A DNA stretch of 32,000 nucleotides from Massilicoli timonensis. Lineage in GTDB: Bacteria > Bacillota_I > Bacilli_A > Erysipelotrichales > Erysipelotrichaceae. The notes beneath the pieces were generated by a model. That model was not told where the DNA came from. It saw nothing but the letters and a program-made list of their open reading frames with translations, and made no database searches. The DNA lies in assembly GCF_900199515.1 (NCBI RefSeq), contig NZ_LT963434.1:1832180-1864179 (forward strand), given 5' to 3'. How positions within the stretch are numbered: position 1 is the first letter of the stretch; every line of letters starts with the position of its first letter. Of this stretch, positions 16,890 through 24,642 are shown one piece after another. A program made the position numbers and the translations under genes.

Positions 16890-18000
16890 TACTGTAAATC
16901 AGTACTCTGAAACTGAGGCAGGTGGCCTAACGCTAAGTGATTGGGTTTATACAGAAACAAGTGATAAGATCACATTAACGGAATACACAGGGAATGCGGT
17001 AAATGTTGTGATCCCATCTGAATTTGCGGAAGCGCCGGGTAAATCGGTAGAGATTGATACTAGTAATTACCGGGCTCTGTACAGTTTATTTGATAATCTC
17101 AAAAAAGAGGATCCATCAGGAGATCCGAAATACTATAATGAATTGGTATCGTTGAAAATCGGCACAACGGATAAAAAAGTCACTGTGACACATCGAGATA
17201 TGTATCGTTTGCTCTCTCCTAGTCCTTATGAAAGTGATCGCTATTTTTTTACGAAATTAGTAGAAGCTGATCTAAGCGGCCTGGATACATCGAGCGGATT
17301 TGGCGATAGATTAGATATTAGTGAGGGATTTGTTTCCTGTTATCGTTTAGAAAAGGTTGATTTCAGTGGCTGGAATTGGGATGATTCACGTTGGGGATCC
17401 CTTTTTCTAAATTGCTGGAATCTTAAAACCGTTGTCGGTATGGAGAAGATGACTGAAGATGAGAGATATAGTGACAATAATTTTCTTAGCACCGAGTTTC
17501 AGAATTGTTACAATCTTAATATTTTTGATTTAAGCGGATATGCGAACGGTTACGCTTTCAACCATTATCCTTATAGTGCTTTTATGTTAGAAAATGCAAA
17601 AATACCGGTGCCGACGATCATTATTACAACCTGTCAAGGGTTGATGCACTTTGACCAAGCAGACAGTATTTTTGGCAGAACCCCATACTATGCAAAAGTT
17701 GTCTATCACAGTAATGACGGAGCATTTGCAGATGGAAGCACCAATAATGAGAAACTGTTATATCAATCAGATCATTTTATCTACTCTACAATGGAAGAAG
17801 CAAAACAGGATTTTACTTTTACCGGGACAGAAATCGTAAAAGATGCACCATCTGCTGTGCTTAACAAAGAGGGGTTCGTATTTAGCGGCTGGTATTTAGA
17901 TGAAGCATGTACGATGCCGTTAACAGAAACCGATATGATCGATTTTATGACGGTAGAAGATGGTACGTTACAGTTATATGCAGGATATAAAGAAGTAACA

Positions 18001-18075
18001 CCGGAAGAGCCGGAAACACCGGAAGAAAAGCCGACAGAGCCGGAAGAAACACCAAGTGAACCGGAGGAGAACCCG
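18001..18075 (+). repeat. Imperfect CCGGA(A/G)GA repeats encoding a Pro/Glu/Thr-rich stalk
   Basis: CCGGAAGA-like units occur at 18001, 18010, 18019, 18040 and 18061. They translate to PEEPETPEEKPTEPEETPSEPEENP. Confidence 0.6.
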
Positions 18076-18268
18076 AATACACCAAATGAAGAGGAAAAGG
18101 GAGAAAGCAATATCGAGGAGATCAAGAAAGAGGAGAGTGAAGCAGTAAATACAGGAGATGAAGTAAGCAAGGGAATGTATTATGTACTGCTAGGGGGAAG
18201 TGTGATCGTATTCGCTGCAATGTTACGCAAGAACAGAAGAAGCGAACAGCAGTAAAACAATGCAAATG

Positions 18269-18301
18269 AGCAGGCAGAATGATTCTGTCTGCTTTGTTGT
18301 T
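18269..18301 (+). terminator. Rho-independent terminator
   Basis: AGCAGGCAG (18269-18277) / CTGTCTGCT (18285-18293), including one G:U pair, followed by TTTGTTGTTT. Confidence 0.75.
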
Positions 18302-18421
18302 TGATAGGAAGAGATGTGCGTTCCCATAAAGTGGGACCTGTGTGATAAACGCCGCAAAGTCTTTCTTTTTTTGTGTATTTTGTTATAATAGAAAAGAATT
18401 TATAGTGAAGGAGTGTAATTT

Positions 18422-19471
18422 ATGGACCTTTCAAAAGTAACGATCGCATCCAGCTCTTTAACATCTGCCATTCAAAAAGACTATAAAAATGCCATTGGCT
18501 GCGGCAGATGTGATGAGGAAGCGCTTGCCTTCGCGACGCGTGGCTTTCAACAGCTGGCTGTGGAAGATACCTGCACGGCTTACTGCGCATTGGCGCTGAT
18601 CATGCACCAACTGGGCAGACTCAACGATACCATGAAACAGAAGGTCATAAAAATGATCGATGCAGGCGGCGATCTTACCTATTGGCAGGCAGCCGGCGCT
18701 GATGAAAAGACCGTTTTGAAACGGGAGAAAGAATTACAAAAAGTAAAAGATAAGATCATGAGCGAACAGGGCGCACCGAAAAAAGTGATGAGTCCGTTCT
18801 GTATGCGCTGTAATTTTCATGTAGGCGATGTGATCGCTTATCCGCTCGATGAGCAGAAAACAAACTATGCGGTATTTGTCGTTGTCGCTTTGCATCATCA
18901 GATCAGCAGGATCACGGCATTGTCGCAGGATCGCCTATATGTTTGTTTCCATGATACCTTATTTGATCATCTGCCAAGTAAAGATGAATGTCAGAGCTTG
19001 CGCTATATGGAATTAGCGGCAGATGCGCAAGACCGCATAAAACGATTTGTGCGTGAGCTTTACTTGCCTAATAAAAGTGCGGCAGCGCGTTTCTTTGCGA
19101 ACTGTACCAGGATTAGCTATCGCCATGATGTATTTGAGAGCGTTGATGAAAGAGAGGATATCATCTTAAATGTAAAGACGCTCGAAGAAACATTGCCGGC
19201 TGTGTATGAGAACTATCAGGGAAACAGTGAAGTTCATATGGATAGGGGAGAAAGCCTTGCCAAGACCGGCAAAAAAGTAAAAAGCGGTCTTGTAAAAAGT
19301 GGGCGATATGGCAAGCAGGCTTTGATAAAAAGCGGGCAGCTGGTACGCAAGACATGGAAAAGCGGCAGTAATCGATTCAAGAAATCAGCGGTTTCTTTAG
19401 GCAAGCTTGCACAGCGCGATCATACAAAGAAAGATGCGGAAACGGAAAACGCTGAAAGAAAAGAAGAATAG
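18422..19471 (+). CDS. Hypothetical protein (349 aa) with a Lys-rich C-terminal tail
   Basis: Extended -10 TGTTATAAT (18382-18389) and RBS GAAGGAG. No family recognised. The C-terminal tail has four x-K-S-G repeats. Confidence 0.75.
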   Translation: MDLSKVTIASSSLTSAIQKDYKNAIGCGRCDEEALAFATRGFQQLAVEDTCTAYCALALIMHQLGRLNDTMKQKVIKMIDAGGDLTYWQAAGADEKTVLKREKELQKVKDKIMSEQGAPKKVMSPFCMRCNFHVGDVIAYPLDEQKTNYAVFVVVALHHQISRITALSQDRLYVCFHDTLFDHLPSKDECQSLRYMELAADAQDRIKRFVRELYLPNKSAAARFFANCTRISYRHDVFESVDEREDIILNVKTLEETLPAVYENYQGNSEVHMDRGESLAKTGKKVKSGLVKSGRYGKQALIKSGQLVRKTWKSGSNRFKKSAVSLGKLAQRDHTKKDAETENAERKEE

Positions 19472-19515
19472 TATTGCTTTTCCATTTAGATATGTTAAAA
19501 TGGTAAAAGAAAAGA

Positions 19516-19607
19516 AGGTCCTTTAACATAATCCAGAGAGGTTATGAAGGTATCAGAACAGAACAAACCGATAAAGGTCCTTTTGTGTAGAACAAGGGCC
19601 TTTTTTT
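19516..19607 (+). promoter_or_regulatory. PyrR-dependent transcription attenuator (PyrR-binding hairpin plus terminator)
   Basis: AAUCCAGAGAGGUU (19530-19543) matches the PyrR binding-loop consensus ARUCCAGAGAGGYU. Downstream is the terminator AAAGGTCCTTTTGT/ACAAGGGCCTTT plus T7 (19573-19607), directly upstream of pyrB. Confidence 0.85.
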
Positions 19608-19641
19608 CAGAGAAAACTGAAAATGATCGGAGGAAAAGAAG

Positions 19642-20541
19642 ATGCACAAAAACAGTTTATTTACCATGAATGATCTCAGTGTAGAGGAGATCTACAAGGT
19701 GCTGGAGGATGGACAGCGATTTGCGGATGAACCGGGGCTGGAATTTCCGAAAGCACATCTGGTGGCGAATTTATTTTTTGAACCGAGCACGAGAACGCAT
19801 TACTCCTTTGCTTCGGCACAACAGCAGCTGGGATGTCGGGTAGAGGATTTCAGCGCATCCGGATCATCGGTGCAAAAAGGTGAAAGCTTGTATGATACGA
19901 TCAAGACCTTTGAAGCGATCGGCTATGAAGCGGTGGTCATTCGTCATACGCAGGAAGAATACTTTAAGGAATTGGAAAATATCAACATTCCGATCTTAAA
20001 TGGCGGCGACGGTAAAAAGAATCATCCGACGCAGTGCTTGTTGGATCTGCTTACGATTTATCAGGAGTTTGGTAAGTTTGAAGGTTTGCGGGTAGTGATC
20101 GTCGGCGATATCGCACATTCCCGTGTTGCCCACTCCAATCGTGATGCGATGGTGCGTCTGGGCTGTGATGTGCGCTTCTCCGGTCCGGCGGATTGGGTAG
20201 ATGATCAGTCGATCTTCATGGATATAGATGAAGCGGTAAAGTGGGCGGATGTGGTAATGCTTCTGCGCATTCAGCATGAACGTCATGAACAGTCGATGAA
20301 GTTATCCAAAGAGGCTTATTTACAGAAATATGGTTTGACGTATGCGCGTGTGGAAGCGATGAAGGAACATGCGATCATCATGCACCCGGCGCCGGTCAAT
20401 CGCGGGGTAGAGATCGAAAGCGATCTGGTGGAACATCCGAAATCACGTATCTTCAAACAGATGACCAATGGCGTCCATGTTCGCAAAGCGCTTATGAAAC
20501 GAGCGTTTGGCTATGCGTTTACCGATATGGTAAAGCGGTAA
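19642..20541 (+). CDS. pyrB: Aspartate carbamoyltransferase catalytic subunit
   Basis: Carbamoyl-phosphate motif FFEPSTRTHYSF, plus HPTQ and HPAPVNRG motifs. 299 aa. RBS GGAGGAAAAG. Confidence 0.95.
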   Translation: MHKNSLFTMNDLSVEEIYKVLEDGQRFADEPGLEFPKAHLVANLFFEPSTRTHYSFASAQQQLGCRVEDFSASGSSVQKGESLYDTIKTFEAIGYEAVVIRHTQEEYFKELENINIPILNGGDGKKNHPTQCLLDLLTIYQEFGKFEGLRVVIVGDIAHSRVAHSNRDAMVRLGCDVRFSGPADWVDDQSIFMDIDEAVKWADVVMLLRIQHERHEQSMKLSKEAYLQKYGLTYARVEAMKEHAIIMHPAPVNRGVEIESDLVEHPKSRIFKQMTNGVHVRKALMKRAFGYAFTDMVKR

Positions 20542-20550
20542 ATAATGATA

Positions 20551-20597
20551 AAAAAACACCGAAAGCGTTTTTTCGATGCCGTTCTCGGTGTTTTTGT
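20551..20597. terminator. Bidirectional terminator between pyrB and the convergent small gene
   Basis: AAAAACACCGA ... TCGGTGTTTTT pairing with an A-run on one side and a T-run on the other. Confidence 0.7.
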
Positions 20598-20605
20598 TTT
20601 CTACA

Positions 20606-20767
20606 TTACTGCTCCATGTAATAGCAGTTTTTTTCCTGTGCCGGTGGGAAACGTTTGCCTTTTTCGACATCAACGTCTTCGTTTACCACTTTTCCCTTTT
20701 CATCATAGGCAGAATATTTTGCGGTCTTTTCGCAGTTCTGTCCGGGACGGTATTTCTTTTTGCTCAT
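20606..20767 (-). CDS. YjzC-like small protein (53 aa: MSKKKYRPGQNCEKTAKYSAYDEKGKVVNEDVDVEKGKRFPPAQEKNCYYMEQ)
   Basis: Hand-translated from the minus strand. Strong RBS GCAGGAGGTG lies 6-7 nt upstream of the ATG. The YRPGQ...Y...G...V.VEKG.RFPP pattern recalls the YjzC family. It is absent from the ORF track (under 60 aa), and the plus-strand ORFs there are spurious. Confidence 0.65.
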   Translation of the reverse strand: MSKKKYRPGQNCEKTAKYSAYDEKGKVVNEDVDVEKGKRFPPAQEKNCYYMEQ

Positions 20768-20930
20768 ATTTAGCACCTCCTGCAAGTAGTGTGGCTGGCT
20801 GTGCGCAAAATATCACAAAAGTTTGAAAAAAAGCGATTTGATGTCGATAAGGGCGTAGAGTGGGATATGCGATGCCGTGGTGTAAAGGGACGTTCTTGTA
20901 GGAAGGTGCTTAACGGCATAGAAAAGCGAT

Positions 20931-20972
20931 AAAAAAACGGATCTGTTTTGCATCGGGCAAGCAAGGATCCGC
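20931..20972 (-). terminator. Terminator downstream of tRNA-Glu
   Basis: CGGATC (20938-20943) / GATCCG (20966-20971) hairpin. On the minus strand it is followed by T7, the complement of the A-run at 20931-20937. Confidence 0.6.
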
Positions 20973-20985
20973 TTTGTTTGTAAAA

Positions 20986-21061
20986 TGGTATCAGGTACGG
21001 GATTCGAACCCGCAAATGCAGCCTTGAGAGGGCTGTGGCTTAACCGTTTGCCTAACCTGAC
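20986..21061 (-). tRNA. tRNA-Glu (anticodon CTC)
   Basis: The minus-strand sequence GTCAGGTTAGGCAAACGGTTAAGCCACAGCCCTCTCAAGGCTGCATTTGCGGGTTCGAATCCCGTACCTGATACCA folds as a cloverleaf. Anticodon stem CAGCC/GGCTG with loop CTCTCAA, T arm GCGGG-TTCGAAT-CCCGT, encoded CCA. TGCTATAAT (-10) lies just upstream on the minus strand (complement of 21074-21082). Confidence 0.85.
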
Positions 21062-21131
21062 AGATTTATCTGTATTATAGCACTTTCTCCATTGCTTGAA
21101 CAGAGGGAAAATGAAAAAGCAAACTGTGAAC

Positions 21132-21160
21132 TTGTATTCTTACGGCATATCTTTTACAAT
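21132..21160 (+). promoter_or_regulatory. Sigma-A-type promoter of the HAD hydrolase gene
   Basis: TTGTAT (21132-21137), 17-nt spacer, TACAAT (21155-21160). Confidence 0.6.
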
Positions 21161-21186
21161 AAATACGATAGAAACGGAAATGAGGA

Positions 21187-21966
21187 ATGAAGATGATTTT
21201 AGCAAGCGATTATGATGGAACACTGCGTGTTTCCAAGCGTGTAGAACCCTATGATCTGGAAATGATCCGCCGCTGGCAGCAGGCAGGACATCGTTTTATC
21301 GCAGTTACCGGCAGAAGCATGCAGACATTTGAAAAAGAGATGGAAATCAATGCGTTTCACCCTGATTTCATCGTTACCAATAACGGCGGTGCTTTGTATG
21401 ACAGGGATGGATGTCAGGTCAAGGTCAATGAGATTCCATTTGAGCAGGCCATGCATATTTATCACTATTTGACGCAGCTGCCGTGCTCTTCCATTGTCGT
21501 AAATGAAGGAAAATATCGGGCAGTGCAGGTGCTGGATGAAGCATCTTATGATGCGAAGGGAAGAGAAGCGGGCCCTTACAGCGTTGAAGAGATCATCGCG
21601 AAAGGAAGGATCGCGCAGTTTGTACTCTTTATCGGTGATGAAACGCTGCGTCATCAGATTGCCAAAGAGATCGAAACGCGTTTCGGTGATGTCGTGCAGC
21701 CTTTTATCAATGTGGATTGTATCGACATCGTGCCCAAAGGCTGTGACAAAGGAAAAGGACTCAAGCAGGCAATCGCTTTGTTAAAAGCAGAGGGGGAGGT
21801 CTATGCGATCGGGGATTCCTATAATGACCTGCCGATGCTGGATGCTTATATCGGCTGCTGCGTCGCACATGCCGATGATGCGATCAAAGCGCATGCGGCT
21901 TATGTGTTTGCGGGAGTTGGAGAAGCCATCGCTTATCTGCTTGCCAAGCAGGAAGAAAAGAAATAA
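21187..21966 (+). CDS. HAD-superfamily hydrolase, Cof-type (subfamily IIB) sugar-phosphatase-like
   Basis: Motif I SDYDGTL, motif II VTGR, motif IV GDSYNDLPML. The start is ATG 21187 or ATG 21193, the latter 6 nt after GAGGA. Confidence 0.85.
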   Translation: MKMILASDYDGTLRVSKRVEPYDLEMIRRWQQAGHRFIAVTGRSMQTFEKEMEINAFHPDFIVTNNGGALYDRDGCQVKVNEIPFEQAMHIYHYLTQLPCSSIVVNEGKYRAVQVLDEASYDAKGREAGPYSVEEIIAKGRIAQFVLFIGDETLRHQIAKEIETRFGDVVQPFINVDCIDIVPKGCDKGKGLKQAIALLKAEGEVYAIGDSYNDLPMLDAYIGCCVAHADDAIKAHAAYVFAGVGEAIAYLLAKQEEKK

Positions 21967-22038
21967 CGGGCATATGAAAAAAGTAACGTGGCGTGATTTG
22001 ATTTATGATATAATAAACACTATGAAGGGAGTGTCGGT

Positions 22039-23259
22039 ATGTTTGACTATCTGACCTATAACAATCTGATTGCCTTGCTGCGCCTGCTTGCCGATATCGG
22101 CTGTGTGTGGGTCGTCATTTACTACTGCATCAAGATTGTTCGTAATAATTCAAGAACCATTCAGATTTTCAAGGGAATCTTGTTTATCTTCATCATCAGG
22201 GCAGCTGCTTCGATATTCGGCCTGAAGACGATCATGATGATTGCCGATTTATTTGTAACATGGGGCTTTTTGGCAATCATTATCATCTTCCAGCCGGAAA
22301 TTCGTTCACTGTTGGAAAAACTGGGAAAAACAAGTGTCTTTTCCCGCATTTCCACTTTGACGGTCAATGAACGCGAACGGCTGGTCGATGAACTGGTGCG
22401 CGCGTGTTCTGCCATGTCGGTATCGAAAACAGGCGCTTTGATCTCGCTGGAACAGGGACATTCACTGAGCGATTATATCAAGACCGGTACACAGATGAAT
22501 TCGATGGTAACCAGCGAGCTGCTGTGTTCGATCTTTGTGCCGGGAACCCCGCTGCATGATGGCGCGGTCATCATTCAAGGGGTCAAGATCGCCTGTGCCG
22601 CCGCTTATTTCCCGCCGACTACCAAGGATCTGCCAAGCAGCTATGGGGCAAGACATCGTGCGGCCGTCGGTATTTCCGAGATCAGCGATTCGGTAACGAT
22701 CGTCGTATCCGAGGAAACCGGTAATATTTCGATTGCCCGCAACGGTGCGCTCATGGTCGTGAATGAAAAAGAACTGCGCGAGTATTTGAATATGGTAACG
22801 ACATCGGCGCTGCGGGAAGTGGCGCAGACGCAGGTATCGGCAGATGTGGAGCAGGGAACACAAAACGGCATTCTGAGCGGTTATCTGAAAGGCAAGAAGC
22901 GTAAGCAGAAAAAAGAAGGCACGCGTTTGCCGAAAGTGAAAGAAGCCAATTTAGATGAACTGGAAAAACAGATCCATTCTACGCATGAAGAAGAAACGCC
23001 GGAGATCGCCGAAGAAAAACAGAAGGCGGTACGCTCGATGAAAATGGCATACAATAAATCATCGAGCAAGAGCTTAAAGGATGCGCTTGATGAGGAGAAG
23101 AAGAAAAGCAGGCGGACGACGAAAAGCACGGCTGCCAAAGCAGAGACAGCTGCGCCGCAGGATAAGAAACTAGAGCCGCTGGAAGTGAACTATACACCGA
23201 AACCAAGACGGCGATCTACTTCACCGAAAGAAAAAGTGAAGGAGGGAAACAATGGCTAG
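22039..23259 (+). CDS. cdaA: Diadenylate cyclase CdaA (membrane-anchored DAC domain) with a ~140-aa Lys/Glu-rich C-terminal extension
   Basis: Three N-terminal TMs. DAC motifs TGALI, PLHDGAVII, GARHRAA and VVSEETG. It is followed by cdaR and glmM, the conserved operon order. At 406 aa it is much longer than the typical ~270-280 aa as I recall. Confidence 0.9.
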   Translation: MFDYLTYNNLIALLRLLADIGCVWVVIYYCIKIVRNNSRTIQIFKGILFIFIIRAAASIFGLKTIMMIADLFVTWGFLAIIIIFQPEIRSLLEKLGKTSVFSRISTLTVNERERLVDELVRACSAMSVSKTGALISLEQGHSLSDYIKTGTQMNSMVTSELLCSIFVPGTPLHDGAVIIQGVKIACAAAYFPPTTKDLPSSYGARHRAAVGISEISDSVTIVVSEETGNISIARNGALMVVNEKELREYLNMVTTSALREVAQTQVSADVEQGTQNGILSGYLKGKKRKQKKEGTRLPKVKEANLDELEKQIHSTHEEETPEIAEEKQKAVRSMKMAYNKSSSKSLKDALDEEKKKSRRTTKSTAAKAETAAPQDKKLEPLEVNYTPKPRRRSTSPKEKVKEGNNG

Positions 23260-24631
23260 AAAGAAGAAAAATACCGAGCTTTCCTCAGAAGGAAAAGTCG
23301 AGCTGGCAAAATCGATCGCCGAGAAAGGGCAGAAAGTTGCGAAAACTTATACATCGGTTGAAAATGCGGTTACACGATTCTTTCGATGGCTGTCCTCCTG
23401 GGTCGATAAGCTGCTATTTAACCAGAAGTATGGAAAAGTGGTGTCATTGGCGCTGGCCGTTGCGCTTTATGCGATGGTCAATTTAGGCGGTGATGACAGC
23501 ATGAGTCTGTTTACGACGAATAAAAGTGCAACGACGTTGAACAATGTAGCGGTTTCGACGATCATATCCGATCAGGTATATGAAGTGAGCGGCGTACCGG
23601 AAACGGTCAATGCGACGCTGGTCGGTGATCCAAGCGACATCAGCTTGGTCAATTCACAGGGGAATTTTCAGGTCGTGGCGGACTTAACGGATTTTACCGA
23701 AGGAACGCATGAAGTGAAGCTGCTGCCGAAAAATGTTTCGGAGCGTGTCGATGTAACGCTTGATCCGTCGGTGGCGATGGTAACGATCAAGCGTAAGACC
23801 AGCCGTCGTTATACGCTGGGCTATGATTTCGTCAATACGGATAAGATGGATAAGATCTATGCGTTAGGAACACCGGAGTTTGAACAGGGAGAAGTCGTGG
23901 TCAGCGCATCGGAAGATACGTTAGATGAAGTGGCGTTTGTAAAAGCGCTGATCGATGTATCGGATGTGACCAAGACCTTTGAAACCGAAGCAAGCATCGT
24001 TGCTTATAACCAGCAGGGAGAACGGGTGGAAGTCGATATTCTGCCGGCGACGATGAAAACGAAGGTAGAAGTTACGACACCAAGCAAAGATGTGCCGATC
24101 TCAGTGGTACCGGTCGGCAAGGTGCCAAACGGAAAAGCGATCGAGTCATACCAGATGGACGCTTCTGCCGTAACGATCTATGGACCGCTGGATGTATTAG
24201 AAAGCATCAATGATGTAACGATCCAGCTGCCGGCCAACACGCTGACTGCCGATAAGACGGTAACGATGCCGATCATTACACCTAGCGGTGTCACCAAGGT
24301 CAGCACCCAGCGCGTCAATATCACGATCAAGCTGGCAGACAGCAAGGAAAAAGTATTTGAGAAAATACCGGTTGCTTATAAAAACAATAAGAAAAAGTTT
24401 AAGGTTGCGCCGGTGGATAACGATGATGCTTATGCGAATGTCAAGGTGATCGGTGCGCAAAGCGTACTGGATTCGATCCAGAGCGAAGATATCGAGGTTT
24501 ATTTTGATATGAGCAAGATCACGAAGGCAGGCACATATGAATTAACGCTTACCGCTGCCGGTAAAAACAATCTTGCAACTTATACGAGTGAAACAGCAAA
24601 GATCAAAGTCAAAGTAGTCGAAGCGGACTAG
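23252..24631 (+). CDS. cdaR: CdaR (YbbR-domain) regulator of diadenylate cyclase
   Basis: The start overlaps the cdaA end by 8 nt and follows RBS GAAGGAGG. Single TM (VVSLALAVALYAMV). Four repeated beta-rich YbbR-like modules match the conserved operon context. Confidence 0.8.
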   Translation: MARKKKNTELSSEGKVELAKSIAEKGQKVAKTYTSVENAVTRFFRWLSSWVDKLLFNQKYGKVVSLALAVALYAMVNLGGDDSMSLFTTNKSATTLNNVAVSTIISDQVYEVSGVPETVNATLVGDPSDISLVNSQGNFQVVADLTDFTEGTHEVKLLPKNVSERVDVTLDPSVAMVTIKRKTSRRYTLGYDFVNTDKMDKIYALGTPEFEQGEVVVSASEDTLDEVAFVKALIDVSDVTKTFETEASIVAYNQQGERVEVDILPATMKTKVEVTTPSKDVPISVVPVGKVPNGKAIESYQMDASAVTIYGPLDVLESINDVTIQLPANTLTADKTVTMPIITPSGVTKVSTQRVNITIKLADSKEKVFEKIPVAYKNNKKKFKVAPVDNDDAYANVKVIGAQSVLDSIQSEDIEVYFDMSKITKAGTYELTLTAAGKNNLATYTSETAKIKVKVVEAD

Positions 24632-24642
24632 GAGGTACAAGC

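Larger units (their letters stand above)
16796..18255 (+). pseudogene. BspA/DUF285-type leucine-rich-repeat surface protein gene, frameshifted at a G11 tract (phase-OFF or homopolymer error)
   Basis: RBS AAGGAGG (16784-16790) and ATG 16796 encode the signal peptide MKKKVSLLLASLCLMLGMVVKSNMIFAQ. That frame stops at TAA 16895-16897. The long ORF continues from the G tract in another frame to 18255. G12 or G9 would join the two. The body has DUF285-like repeats (FVSCYRLEKVDFSGWNW, FQNCYNLNIFDLSGY), a Listeria-Bacteroides-type repeat (FVFSGWYLDEACT), a P/E/T-rich linker, and a C-terminal TM with a basic tail. Confidence 0.8.

Noticed and set aside
20770-21015. 81-aa minus-strand ORF and the plus-strand ORFs 20545..20826 and 20576..20773
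   Set aside because: They overlap tRNA-Glu and its terminator, or the better-supported YjzC-like gene. They have no RBS, and their composition is implausible.
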